Virus record (IMG/VR): IMGVR_UViG_3300010403_000021
Location: 1-64,000 of that record
From: a virus
Taxonomy: Duplodnaviria > Heunggongvirae > Uroviricota > Caudoviricetes
Length of the DNA: 64,000 nt
Reading direction: 5' to 3' (one strand)
The notes under the pieces were generated by a model. The model was given only the letters and a program-made list of their open reading frames with translations, was not told where the DNA came from and searched no databases. Positions 9,077-18,492 of this stretch are shown here, piece by piece. Each line of letters begins with the position of its first letter. Position 1 is the stretch's first letter. The translations under genes were made by a program, and so were the position numbers.

Positions 9077-9215
9077 ATCATTGGAAAATCTTGAATCAGA
9101 AGTAAGCAGAAAAGTAAAAGTATTAGCCAATACCACTGATCCTACTAAAATCAAACAGCTCAATAAAGAAATTGATGCTTTAAATGTAAAAATCAAAGCA
9201 ATGAGAGGGAAATAA
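9069..9215 (+). CDS. small coiled-coil protein (48 aa)
   Basis: ATG overlaps previous stop; not in track. Confidence 0.3.
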   Translation: MNKSLENLESEVSRKVKVLANTTDPTKIKQLNKEIDALNVKIKAMRGK

Positions 9216-9216
9216 A

Positions 9217-9375
9217 ATGGCTATTGGCGATAAAGCATGGTTGGAAAATGAAAAACGTAAACTTATCAATCAAAGAACTGTAGCAATTGTTGCAGGTAAA
9301 CGTTTGAAGGTTTATCGCCTTAACAATCAGATTGCCAAGATCGAACAGCAGATTAAAGACATGCGAGGAAATTAA
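9217..9375 (+). CDS. small coiled-coil protein (52 aa)
   Basis: abutting ORFs; ends ...MRGN like its neighbour ...MRGK (paralogues). Confidence 0.3.
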   Translation: MAIGDKAWLENEKRKLINQRTVAIVAGKRLKVYRLNNQIAKIEQQIKDMRGN

Positions 9376-9377
9376 AC

Positions 9378-10199
9378 ATGTCTAAAATACTAGTAATGGG
9401 CGATATTCATGGAAACTGGACTTGGACAAAAAAGATTATCGATGTAGCTGTTGCTGAAGACATCGATAAAATTATTCAAGTTGGTGACTTTGGAGTTTGG
9501 CCAGGTCCGGAAGGTAGAGAATATCTTTTGATTCTATCCAGATATCTAGTAAAGAAAAGCAAAAAGCTGGGTAGACAAGTTAATCTATATTTTCTGCCGG
9601 GAAATCACGAAGACTACAATCAAATCGATCAGTGGATGCTGAACATCAAACCAAATGAATATGGACACCGAGAGATCGAACCTAATCTTTTCTATACCGG
9701 TAAAGTAAATAGTTGGATTTGGGAAGGTAAAAAGTTCGGTGTGGTTGGTGGTGCAGTATCCATTGATAGACGTAGTCGTAAACTCAATGAATCATGGTGG
9801 CCGCAGGAGGTTCTTACTTCTGAAGAAATTCATCAGGCAAAAGAACTAGGCAAAGTCGATTATCTATTCACACATGATTGTCCAACACAACATCCATTCA
9901 ACTTTCTGATTGATCACCTTGACTCCACTATTCATCGTCAGTTCATGACTGACATTGCCAGAGTACTGAAGCCAGAAGCATGGTTCCACGGTCACTATCA
10001 TCACTATGCGGAGTATTTATTTCATCATGGTACCGGAGTGACCCCAGTTTATTCTCTGGATGCTGACGTACGTGCTACACACTCTCCAAGTCTTCAGCGT
10101 CATACGGTTGTGCTGGACGTAGAGACTGGTGTAGTATCCAGCATAGACAAGCAGTTCGAGTGGTTCGGTCAGAGATTCTATTTTGATAGGGAGCGTTAA
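9378..10199 (+). CDS. calcineurin-like metallophosphoesterase (lambda-PPase-type Ser/Thr phosphatase fold)
   Basis: GDIHGN, GDFG, GNHE motifs. Confidence 0.65.
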   Translation: MSKILVMGDIHGNWTWTKKIIDVAVAEDIDKIIQVGDFGVWPGPEGREYLLILSRYLVKKSKKLGRQVNLYFLPGNHEDYNQIDQWMLNIKPNEYGHREIEPNLFYTGKVNSWIWEGKKFGVVGGAVSIDRRSRKLNESWWPQEVLTSEEIHQAKELGKVDYLFTHDCPTQHPFNFLIDHLDSTIHRQFMTDIARVLKPEAWFHGHYHHYAEYLFHHGTGVTPVYSLDADVRATHSPSLQRHTVVLDVETGVVSSIDKQFEWFGQRFYFDRER

Positions 10200-10200
10200 G

Positions 10201-10938
10201 ATGATGCATTCCAGTCTTGGTATGCGTATGAAAGAATATGAAAAGAATCTGGCTACAGATAATGGTGTCAATATCATTCGTCTTGACGGAAAGGCTTTTC
10301 ATACATGGACCAAAAAGATTACTGGAAACAAGAATCCTTTTAGTTCAGTGATTCATGAATGTATGGTTACGGCAACAATAGAATTAGCCAAGGAAGTGCA
10401 AGGATTTAAGCTTGCATATACACAATCAGATGAAACTACGCTACTTATGGAAAATATTAATGAAAAAACTGAAGCGTGGTTCGGTGGCAAGACGCACAAA
10501 ATTACTAGTGTTGCCGCGTCTATTTTTACTTATGCTTTTAATAATCGTTTTAAGTATTACATTGGTACTTTTGGCTATCCAGATATTCCTGCCTACTTTG
10601 ATGCTCGTGTTCATTCTATTCCAGTAGAAGACGCACCGAATAATTTTGTATGGCGTCAGAAAGACTGGAATCGTAATTCAATTCAAATGCTTGGCCAGTA
10701 CTATCTTCCTCGTAATGAGATGCAAAATCTTTCTAACACTCAAGTTCTTGAGTATCTTAGAGAATTAAGAGATATTGATTGGAATGATCTTGATGATTGG
10801 AAGAAGTATGGGACTTTCATTGCTAAGAATCATCTAGATTCAGAATCATATGGTCCTTATGTTGCATTTTCAGATTATCTAGATTATAAAGATATCGCAA
10901 TTCATGCAGGCATTCACAATTATATTGATTGGGATTAA
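10201..10938 (+). CDS. Thg1-like protein (tRNA-His guanylyltransferase family 3'-5' nucleotidyl transferase)
   Basis: KEYEK..IIRLDGKAFH and AYTQSDETTLL match Thg1 N-terminal and catalytic SDE motifs; SD AGGGAG before ATG 10201. Confidence 0.75.
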   Translation: MMHSSLGMRMKEYEKNLATDNGVNIIRLDGKAFHTWTKKITGNKNPFSSVIHECMVTATIELAKEVQGFKLAYTQSDETTLLMENINEKTEAWFGGKTHKITSVAASIFTYAFNNRFKYYIGTFGYPDIPAYFDARVHSIPVEDAPNNFVWRQKDWNRNSIQMLGQYYLPRNEMQNLSNTQVLEYLRELRDIDWNDLDDWKKYGTFIAKNHLDSESYGPYVAFSDYLDYKDIAIHAGIHNYIDWD

Positions 10939-10941
10939 TAA

Positions 10942-12852
10942 ATGCTACCTACTAAAACAGATATTCATGTAAGTGGTGATTTGGGCGGGGAAAGAGTACA
11001 GATGCGCCTTGATGCTGATAGTACAGCGCATCTTATGTCACTATTGACAGATCTATATTCTGACCCGCTTCTAGCAGTAATCAGAGAATATAGTACAAAT
11101 GCGTGGGATTCTCATGTAGCTGCTGGTGTAAATAAGCCAATTGAGGTAACCACACCAAATTATTTAACATCAACATTCCGTGTTAAAGATTATGGTCTTG
11201 GTATGGATGCGAATGATATTCGTGAAATCTATTCAAGTTATGGTGCTTCTACCAAGCGATCAAGCAATGATCAGGTTGGTATGCTCGGTCTTGGTAGTAA
11301 GAGTGGTTTGACTTATACCGATCAGTTTAATGTCATTGGTATTAAGAATGGTGTCAAGACCAGTGTTGCCGTTTCACGTTCTGGTGATGGTGGCGGTGTC
11401 ATGGAAATCATCGATGCTTCTCCCACCAATGAACCTAATGGTGTTGAGATTATTATTCCTATTAAAAAGAACAGCAATATTTTGAGTAAAGCTGAACAGT
11501 TCTTCAGATTTTGGGAACCGGGCAGAGTTTTGCTTAATGGTAAAGAGCCGCACTATATCTGGGAAGATTCAACCAAGGTCGGTAGATTTTACATCATCAA
11601 TGATGTAACAGACTATGTTGTCATGGGTAATGTCGCTTATCCGGTAAAGAATGAGATTACCGGCCAAGAGGGTTATAATCGTGAACGTGCTGTCGTAAAA
11701 GTTGATATCGGTGATGTTACCTTTACTCCTTCACGTGAATCATTGCAGATGACTCTTACCACTAAGAAAATGCTTTCAAGTTTACGTGAGGAATTCGCAG
11801 CAGAAGTAGTCAAGGAAATTGAAGTAAAGCTTTCTGCCTGTAATACTTATAAAGAAGCCTATAAAATGTTCAAGTCTTTAAGAAGCATGAATACTTTTAC
11901 AAGGCACATGAATAATGCAACCTACAAGGGAGCAAAGTACATTGAGTCTTATAAATTTGATTGGCATGTCAGCGGATTTCATCGTGATCAAATCAGCGCG
12001 GTGGAAGCGAGAAATTCCAGTCTCGGTTATGGTCTTGATAATATAGTTATTATTCATGGCTTCGATTGTGCTAGATTGAATGCTCCACAGAAAAAGAAGA
12101 TCAAGCTATATCTTGAGGACAATGGTATTCTTACCGGACAAGCTGTAGTATTTGTTAATAGAGATAAGCCTGATTCAGTATGGTTCAGTGAATGTCATCA
12201 GGTTGAATGGAAGACAATCAAGGCTATCAAGCTGGAATCTGCGAGGGTGGTAAGAACACAAGATACTTGGGATGTTCTTTGTTCACGTGGTAATAGGGAT
12301 TACAATCAGACTGTAGATAATACAAAGAAGCTTATTTATGGTTCCGGCGCTGAAATCAATGCCGATGCTGATCCTATTCTTGACATTCTTATCAATAACG
12401 ATACTCAGTTTCTTTTGGTTGGTAAAAATCGTCAAGATAAGTTTGTCAAGGCTAATCCAAAAGCAGTATATTGGCTTGACGAGGCTAAGGCCAGAGTGCT
12501 ACACTATATTGATAACGTAGCAAAAGATGACGTTAAACTGATCGACCAAGATATGAATCACATTGATATTCTATCAAGACTGGATATGTCTAAAATTGAT
12601 GATCCGGAAGTTAGTAGTATTGTATTCAGTGGTTCAGTAAATTCTCAGCACGCGGCACAACAACGATACAGCAATTATCGTAGATTGGCATCAAGACTAA
12701 AAGTTCCGGGTATGCCAGAACGTGTGGGTCGTGGCAATACAGATCTACTTGATAATTATCCTATGCTTACTCAGCTTGGATATAATTGTAGGTATGTTCC
12801 GGAAGAGCACATCTATGCTTACATGAATGCCATTTATGATTTAGGTCTATAA
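10942..12852 (+). CDS. rIIA: rIIA-like GHKL (Bergerat-fold) ATPase
   Basis: REYSTNAWDS (ExxxNAxD), DYGLGMD (DxGxG), GMLGLGSKSG; immediately upstream of rIIB homologue. Confidence 0.65.
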   Translation: MLPTKTDIHVSGDLGGERVQMRLDADSTAHLMSLLTDLYSDPLLAVIREYSTNAWDSHVAAGVNKPIEVTTPNYLTSTFRVKDYGLGMDANDIREIYSSYGASTKRSSNDQVGMLGLGSKSGLTYTDQFNVIGIKNGVKTSVAVSRSGDGGGVMEIIDASPTNEPNGVEIIIPIKKNSNILSKAEQFFRFWEPGRVLLNGKEPHYIWEDSTKVGRFYIINDVTDYVVMGNVAYPVKNEITGQEGYNRERAVVKVDIGDVTFTPSRESLQMTLTTKKMLSSLREEFAAEVVKEIEVKLSACNTYKEAYKMFKSLRSMNTFTRHMNNATYKGAKYIESYKFDWHVSGFHRDQISAVEARNSSLGYGLDNIVIIHGFDCARLNAPQKKKIKLYLEDNGILTGQAVVFVNRDKPDSVWFSECHQVEWKTIKAIKLESARVVRTQDTWDVLCSRGNRDYNQTVDNTKKLIYGSGAEINADADPILDILINNDTQFLLVGKNRQDKFVKANPKAVYWLDEAKARVLHYIDNVAKDDVKLIDQDMNHIDILSRLDMSKIDDPEVSSIVFSGSVNSQHAAQQRYSNYRRLASRLKVPGMPERVGRGNTDLLDNYPMLTQLGYNCRYVPEEHIYAYMNAIYDLGL

Positions 12853-12880
12853 AATAAACCAACCCGAAAGGTAAATAAAC

Positions 12881-13729
12881 ATGTCAAGAGCAGTAAAATA
12901 TAATCTAGTATGTAATGAATCAGATAATATTACAGTTTTCGTGGACGGTGAAATGTATGTCGCGGATTCAGATCACAATCCTAACTTTTCAGAGATCGTA
13001 GAAAAAGTACTTGCTGATGATGTTTCAGTAGTAGAACTATTTGATCTAGAAAAGACAGTCAGTAAGAAGTTTGAAAGACTATCAGAGCGAGTTGTTGTTC
13101 GTAATGGCAATATCTACTTTGATGGATCACCTGTTAACGATGTTCTTGGTAAGCAAGTTCTAAGATTCGTTGAAGATGACGTAGAAGATTGGCAGCCTCT
13201 TGTTCTATTCTGGGAGAATCTAGCCCAGAATCCCAATGAGCATTCACGTGAACAACTTTACAGTTGGCTTAATGATCGTAAATTCCAGATTTCTAAGAAT
13301 GGTAACATTGTTGGATTTAAGGGTGTCAAGATTGTTAATGGTGAATATCGTTCAATTCACGCCGGTCCAGCAATTGTGGATGACGTCGAAATGAATGGAT
13401 ATATTCCTAATGCCATTGGTTCAGTAATTGAAATGCCTCGTGCAGATGTTCAATCTAATTCAGCCGTAGGTTGTTCAACTGGTCTACATGTTGGTACATA
13501 TGATTATGCCAAGGATTTTGCTCAAGGCGCGGTGCTAACTGTTTCAGTTAATCCTCGTGATGTTGTGTCAGTTCCCTCTGATTGCAATGCAGCCAAGCTT
13601 AGAGTATGTCGTTATCGTGTAGTTAATGCAACAGCGGTAGAATGGTCAAGTGCTGTCTCTGACGTTGAAGATGACGAGGATAATGAAGACTATTGGTATG
13701 AAGACACCAATGACTATTGGACTTCCTAA
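12881..13729 (+). CDS. rIIB: rIIB-like protein
   Basis: VIEMPRADV...CSTGLHV...VNPRDVVSVPSDCNAAKLRVCRYRVV closely parallels T4 rIIB C-terminal conserved block. Confidence 0.75.
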   Translation: MSRAVKYNLVCNESDNITVFVDGEMYVADSDHNPNFSEIVEKVLADDVSVVELFDLEKTVSKKFERLSERVVVRNGNIYFDGSPVNDVLGKQVLRFVEDDVEDWQPLVLFWENLAQNPNEHSREQLYSWLNDRKFQISKNGNIVGFKGVKIVNGEYRSIHAGPAIVDDVEMNGYIPNAIGSVIEMPRADVQSNSAVGCSTGLHVGTYDYAKDFAQGAVLTVSVNPRDVVSVPSDCNAAKLRVCRYRVVNATAVEWSSAVSDVEDDEDNEDYWYEDTNDYWTS

Positions 13730-13744
13730 TGCTATAATTGGTTT

Positions 13745-14254
13745 ATGATTAAAAACCCTAAACCTGGAGATTATGGATTAACGACTATTGGTGGCGTCCT
13801 AGGTTTCTTTGTGAGCCTAGGACAACATCTAGCCGGTGACTCAAGTAAATACACACATGCCTTCATTGTATTAGATGATAATACAGTCTTGGCAGCACAA
13901 CCCGGTGGTGCTAGAATAGATAAGCTTAGTGACTACACCAACCGTGCAATCTACTCAGGCATGGACTTGACAGACACACAGCGACAGGCTATAGTAGAGC
14001 AAGCAAGAGCGCTTGAAGGCACTCCATACAGTTTCTTGGATTATTTAGCAATTGCCTTGGCAAGATTTGGTATTAAGCCAAAATGGTTAACTAATTTTAT
14101 AGCCAATAAGAAACATATGATCTGTTCACAGCTTGTTGACGAAGTTTATCGACATGCTGGAATACAACTTTTTAATGATGGAAGATTACCTCAAGAAGTT
14201 ACACCAGGCGATTTATTATATATTTTAGCCGGGGAACAAGACTGGATTGAATAG
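13745..14254 (+). CDS. putative papain-fold (NlpC/P60- or YiiX-like) cysteine peptidase
   Basis: Cys...His pattern (MICSQLVDEVYRHAG); weak. Confidence 0.3.
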   Translation: MIKNPKPGDYGLTTIGGVLGFFVSLGQHLAGDSSKYTHAFIVLDDNTVLAAQPGGARIDKLSDYTNRAIYSGMDLTDTQRQAIVEQARALEGTPYSFLDYLAIALARFGIKPKWLTNFIANKKHMICSQLVDEVYRHAGIQLFNDGRLPQEVTPGDLLYILAGEQDWIE

Positions 14255-14420
14255 TGTCCTTTACACAGAAGTGTAGATATTGTAATGAAAAGCTAACTTC
14301 AGTTAGTAGAAATACTTTTAATATGACAATGAAAAATCATGTTATGAATAGATGTAAGAAAGCTACATCGGCTATTAAAAGAGTATGGATAGATCAATAA
14401 AATAAGCCCACTTGGGCTAT

Positions 14421-14494
14421 ACCCCGTTAGCTCATGCGGACAGAGCGACAGCCTTCTAAGCTGTAGGTAATTGGTTCAAATCCAATACGGGGTG
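14421..14494 (+). tRNA. tRNA-Arg (anticodon TCT)
   Basis: acceptor ACCCCGT/ACGGGGT, D-arm GCTC..GAGC, anticodon stem ACAGC/GCTGT loop CTTCTAA, T-arm ATTGGTTCAAATCCAAT. Confidence 0.7.
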
Positions 14495-14513
14495 CAAGTA
14501 GAATTCTAGATAT

Positions 14514-14560
14514 CTACGAGTCAATATGGCGGTTCGAATCCGTAAGGGAAACATATTGAT
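14514..14560 (+). other. 8-bp hairpin TCAATATG/CATATTGA whose loop contains a tRNA T-loop-like GGTTCGAATCC
   Basis: perfect inverted repeat; no acceptor/anticodon arms; sits between two tRNAs. Confidence 0.3.
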
Positions 14561-14635
14561 GCCAGAGTAAGCACTTTCCAGCGATGTTATGCGTAGTGAA
14601 CGTGTAATATATCGAGTGGCTGTGTTGCTCTTTAA

Positions 14636-14707
14636 CTGCCTATGTCCGAGTGGTTTAGGAAATCGTCTGCAAAACGATTCACGCCGGTTCAATTCCGGCT
14701 AGGCAGT
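14636..14707 (+). tRNA. tRNA-Cys (anticodon GCA)
   Basis: perfect acceptor CTGCCTA/TAGGCAG, anticodon stem ATCGT/ACGAT loop CTGCAAA, T-arm GCCGGTTCAATTCCGGC. Confidence 0.7.
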
Positions 14708-14722
14708 CTTTTGAGGTGAAGA

Positions 14723-15025
14723 ATGACAAGAGAACAAATACTAGCTGATATACTTACTATGATAGAAGCAATGCCAGATTATTATAGTCTATCAGCATTA
14801 CAAACTATGGCAGCTAATAAACAATATACAATATTACAACTGGCAGAACACCCGCTAGGTGAAGGTAAATTCAGACTGGATTATGTAGTAAACAAAGCTA
14901 GCACCCCGGATAGATTTATGGTACAGATATTCGCTGATGGTGTTGGTGGAGATTTCTTTAATACATATTCAGATATAACAGATGTTGTTATTGTAGAATA
15001 CAATAGTTCACAGTATGACGTATAA
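14723..15025 (+). CDS. hypothetical protein
   Basis: ORF with SD GAGGTGAAG. Confidence 0.4.
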   Translation: MTREQILADILTMIEAMPDYYSLSALQTMAANKQYTILQLAEHPLGEGKFRLDYVVNKASTPDRFMVQIFADGVGGDFFNTYSDITDVVIVEYNSSQYDV

Positions 15026-15159
15026 TATTTATATATAATACACTGTTCATGGAGTTAGCTTTCCGAAAGGATAGGTGATAACATGGACCCGATATTCTGG
15101 TTACTAATCATTCTGGTAATTCTAGCTATTATATTTGTTGCAAGACGAGTATAATAGAA

Positions 15160-15177
15160 GCTAGCCGAAAGGCTAGC
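15160..15177 (+). terminator. GCTAGCCGAAAGGCTAGC hairpin (second copy)
   Basis: identical to 8812-8829. Confidence 0.5.
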
Positions 15178-15180
15178 GAG

Positions 15181-15249
15181 GCCCTTTAGTTTAATAGCAA
15201 AACCACGGTGTTACATACCGTAGTAGAGGGGGCAGAACCTTCAAGGGCT
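15181..15249 (+). tRNA. putative tRNA-Val (anticodon TAC) with atypical T-loop (GGCAGAA, no TTCGA)
   Basis: acceptor GCCCTT/AAGGGC, perfect anticodon stem ACGGT/ACCGT loop GTTACAT; T-arm non-canonical. Confidence 0.35.
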
Positions 15250-15265
15250 ACTCATATTACTGAAA

Positions 15266-15487
15266 ATGAGGATAAAAATGTCATATCATTTAAGTAGTGA
15301 TGCTAAGAAGTTATGTTTGCTAAAGTTTACACTTGCAAATTTGGATTCAAAAGATCCAAATAAAGATGCAGTTGCTAAAGAATTAGCATACATGGAGAAA
15401 AAGGTTAGAAAGAGTGTCGGTCGAAAAGACTGGCCTTTATTAAAAGCGGCAATTGATGGTTACTACAGCATGACTTACAGAAAGTAG
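15266..15487 (+). CDS. hypothetical protein
   Basis: ORF. Confidence 0.35.
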   Translation: MRIKMSYHLSSDAKKLCLLKFTLANLDSKDPNKDAVAKELAYMEKKVRKSVGRKDWPLLKAAIDGYYSMTYRK

Positions 15488-15636
15488 TTTAAAATGAATA
15501 ATAGCTTTAGATTTGCAATCTTGGTTGGCCTACAAAGACTTCCAAACTTATACGAGGGTACTGTGTTTGGTGCTGAAAAGGCCAAACGGAGAGCCAAAGG
15601 CAAGCTAGCACGTAAGGCCCGTAGGCTAAACAGAGC

Positions 15637-15665
15637 TTGACAAGTCACCGGAGACTTGCTAGACT
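15637..15665 (+). promoter_or_regulatory. promoter copy 4: TTGACA-N17-TAGACT
   Basis: exact consensus. Confidence 0.5.
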
Positions 15666-15805
15666 ACTAACTACAAGGTGGACGAAAGCCACTAGGCCAC
15701 TGGCCTGGCAGGCCCGATGGGAAGTCTTAAATGGTGTGCAGCATTTATTAAACTGAAAGCTGCTGTATCCTCGGCACCAGCCTTGTTTCTAACTTAAGGA
15801 GAGAA

Positions 15806-15964
15806 ATGCGCGAGAGAAGAGAATGTTTTCTTTGTGGTGATGTTGGAACTGTAGCCAAGAGACAAGATGATCATACCGGTAAATGGTTTTGTGCATCTAA
15901 AAAGCCTGGCGACAAGAAAACCTGTCTAGCTATTGCTAGAGAAACCATGCAAAGAAAGAAATAA
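15806..15964 (+). CDS. small Zn-ribbon protein (52 aa, CxxC...C)
   Basis: strong SD TAAGGAGAG 6 nt upstream; not in track (<60 aa). Confidence 0.45.
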   Translation: MRERRECFLCGDVGTVAKRQDDHTGKWFCASKKPGDKKTCLAIARETMQRKK

Positions 15965-16124
15965 TAACTTAATGGTACTGTAGCCCAAAGAAAGAGGCGT
16001 GTAGCCTAAAGCTACATACAGTGTGAAAACTAGTCAGGTGTGAAATGACCTCACCAGTACCATTAGCAAGAGAAAATTGTATAATATAAATTGGCATGAT
16101 ATAATCATGCCAGGTGAATATAAT

Positions 16125-17231
16125 ATGGAAACAAGAGCTGAGCGCTTTGAACGAGATGTACCGGTAATCAATGAAATTATTGATGCTAGGATAGTAGAAT
16201 CCGGCGGTGGAGATGGTGCAGCATTAGCAGGGCCATCAGATTATCCAGGTACTGATACAACAAATAATACTGTTGGCGTATCAATTAAAGCAGCAAGATC
16301 TGATCATTCACATAGTGGTGCTTCATTAACTGACTTAACTAATGGATTGGCTACTAAGGCAAATACCAATCACACTCATGATGATAGATATTATACTGAA
16401 TCAGAAATAGATACAGCTTTAGCAGGCAAAGCCTCAAGCAGTCATACGCATACAATAGCCAATGTTACTGGATTGCAGACAGCAATCGACGGTAAGCAAG
16501 CGACCGACCAAGATCTAACAGATATAGCAGCTTTGACAGCATCAAATAATGATTTTCTACAGCGTAAATCAGGTGCATGGACTAATAGAACAATAGCACA
16601 GGTAAAAACAGATCTAGCTTATGCTACGGTAGCAACAAGTGGATCATTTGATGATTTAACAAATAAACCAGATCCTTCATTTATGGTAGAGAAGTATTAT
16701 CAAGATGAATATGGTATTTATAGTATAACTGGATCTCCAATACATTTTCTATCTTCATCACCTTGGGGAGCAACTGATCATAATATATCAGCATTATTTG
16801 TTCCCGCCGGGAAAGCAATAACAGCGGTACGTGTAGCTATTAGAGTATCAGCATCATTTTCTGCTACATCAGCAGCATCACAAGTTAAGATATATGATGT
16901 TACTGGTGCCCTGATTGGATCATCACCAGACGATAATACAATGGCTCTAGCAAGAGGTTGGAGTCTACAAACATTATCAACACCAATTGCATCATCTGGT
17001 TCAAATAGATATGTATTTGTTGGTGTTTCATTAGGTGGTTTTGCCGGTGCATCATTGGCTTGGCCTACGGGCATTTCAACTGATGTACCTGAGATTACAA
17101 GCGTTGGTTCATTTACTGGATTAAGAAGAGGTTTTTATGCCTCTAATGCGTCTGGTTTGCCTGGTTCATTTAATCCGGCGTCGTATGGAACGGCTACATC
17201 ATATCTACCGTTGCTTGGTCTTGTAGCTTGA
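16125..17231 (+). CDS. tail fibre protein (start uncertain; track ORF begins 16077 with TTG)
   Basis: repeated xHTHxxxYYTxSEIDT and S/T/G-rich repeats typical of phage fibres. Confidence 0.55.
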   Translation: METRAERFERDVPVINEIIDARIVESGGGDGAALAGPSDYPGTDTTNNTVGVSIKAARSDHSHSGASLTDLTNGLATKANTNHTHDDRYYTESEIDTALAGKASSSHTHTIANVTGLQTAIDGKQATDQDLTDIAALTASNNDFLQRKSGAWTNRTIAQVKTDLAYATVATSGSFDDLTNKPDPSFMVEKYYQDEYGIYSITGSPIHFLSSSPWGATDHNISALFVPAGKAITAVRVAIRVSASFSATSAASQVKIYDVTGALIGSSPDDNTMALARGWSLQTLSTPIASSGSNRYVFVGVSLGGFAGASLAWPTGISTDVPEITSVGSFTGLRRGFYASNASGLPGSFNPASYGTATSYLPLLGLVA

Positions 17232-17272
17232 CATGCAGGCTGATCTAGGCTAAGATCGTATCAACAACACAA

Positions 17273-17356
17273 GCCCCCTTGGCTGGAATGGCAGACGCGC
17301 TGCACTCAAAATGCAGTCCTCGAAAGAGGGTATCGGTTCGAATCCGATAGGGGGTA
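17273..17356 (+). tRNA. tRNA-Leu (anticodon CAA), type II
   Basis: acceptor GCCCCCT/AGGGGGT, anticodon stem CTGCA/TGCAG loop CTCAAAA, variable-arm hairpin CCTC-GAAA-GAGG, T-arm ATCGGTTCGAATCCGAT. Confidence 0.75.
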
Positions 17357-17369
17357 CGCTTTAAATAAT

Positions 17370-17451
17370 GCCCGTGTGGCTGGAATGGCAGACGCGCCGT
17401 GCTTAGAACGCGGTCCAGAAATGGGTGCAGGTTCGACTCCTGTCACGGGTA
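17370..17451 (+). tRNA. tRNA-Leu (anticodon TAG), type II
   Basis: acceptor GCCCGTG/CACGGGT (G1-U72), anticodon stem CCGTG/CGCGG loop CTTAGAA, variable arm, T-arm with TTCGACT. Confidence 0.7.
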
Positions 17452-17478
17452 CTTTATTAATAAAACATTGGAGTTAAT

Positions 17479-17676
17479 GTGAAATTATCACAATGTCTTG
17501 GTAAAAGAGTAAAGCATACAAGAAAGCCACCAAATAATCATATTATTGCTAACGGTGTTCTAGAAAGAACAAAACACGGTATATATGAGATTGCTCGTGA
17601 CGACGGTGGCTATTCTGCAATATTCAATGGTGATACATTGGAATGCAATGGCAAAAGTTTTATTGTTAAACAATGA
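17479..17676 (+). CDS. hypothetical protein
   Basis: ORF with SD GGAG. Confidence 0.35.
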   Translation: MKLSQCLGKRVKHTRKPPNNHIIANGVLERTKHGIYEIARDDGGYSAIFNGDTLECNGKSFIVKQ

Positions 17677-17695
17677 CAAACTTAGTTTGTTCATA

Positions 17696-17766
17696 CCTCT
17701 CGTAGCTCAATGGTAGAGCGTTGGGTTGTGATCCCAAATACGCGGGTTCGATTCTCGTCGGGGGGA
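17696..17766 (+). tRNA. tRNA-His (anticodon GTG); several G-U pairs in acceptor and T-stem
   Basis: D-arm TAGCTCAATGGTAGAGC, perfect anticodon stem TTGGG/CCCAA loop TTGTGAT; acceptor CCTCTCG/CGGGGGG with two G-U. Confidence 0.55.
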
Positions 17767-17802
17767 CTTTATAGGTTATCACGTAATCTCCGGAGGTTGA
17801 TA

Positions 17803-18006
17803 ATGAGTTGGTCAACAGGTGACAAATCAAATAGAAGTCTTAAAAAGACGGAAAAACATCCTTGCGATGTATGTGGTTTGTCTGTAGATCATTATATTGA
17901 TGGAACAATTAGTAAACACAAGGTCTTTCTTTATAAGAGACTAAAAAATGGTTCTTATCAGAAGACTAGTAATTGGGCTTATTGCGATAATAAGAAGTGG
18001 CGATAA
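17803..18006 (+). CDS. hypothetical protein (first ATG after tRNA-His in track ORF 17710)
   Basis: track ORF start overlaps tRNA. Confidence 0.35.
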   Translation: MSWSTGDKSNRSLKKTEKHPCDVCGLSVDHYIDGTISKHKVFLYKRLKNGSYQKTSNWAYCDNKKWR

Positions 18007-18305
18007 TGGCGTCGAAACAAAAATGTGCAAAGTGTGGCAAGAACGTCATGCATTATGATGACCGTTCAATAGAAGTACATAAACCACCTGGTAAGACATT
18101 TTATTGTGATAGAAAGACTTATTAATGAGCAGACCTGGATATGGAATTATTGTTTACTACAAGAATGGTAAGACTTTAAAGCAAATTGTAGCCAATAATC
18201 CACGTACTAGAAACAATGTTATTAAACTCTGGCTTAAGAAACCAGATGTTGATAAAGTAGAAAAATATACTGAAAAAGATTATTTACCATAAGCCGAAAG
18301 GCTAT

Positions 18306-18386
18306 GCTAGTGTTGAACAGGTGGTGTGTTCCGCAGACTGTAAATCTGCCGCTTCGGCATTGGGGGTTCGATTCCCTTCACTAGTA
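18306..18386 (+). tRNA. tRNA-Tyr (anticodon GTA), long variable arm
   Basis: acceptor GCTAGTG/CACTAGT (G1-U72), D-stem GAAC/GTTC, perfect anticodon stem GCAGA/TCTGC loop CTGTAAA, T-arm GGGGGTTCGATTCCCTT. Confidence 0.7.
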
Positions 18387-18492
18387 CTTAAATTTATTGA
18401 CTGATTAAGTTAGGACAATTGGCTTATGAGCTGGGTCAAAAGTCAGGGCTTAGGCTATATAAGGGCGAAATGCAGTCATTAATAGGCTCAAT

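Noticed and set aside
14456-14692. 78-aa minus-strand ORF
   Set aside because: Lies entirely across tRNA-Arg(TCT), the tRNA-like hairpin and tRNA-Cys on the opposite strand
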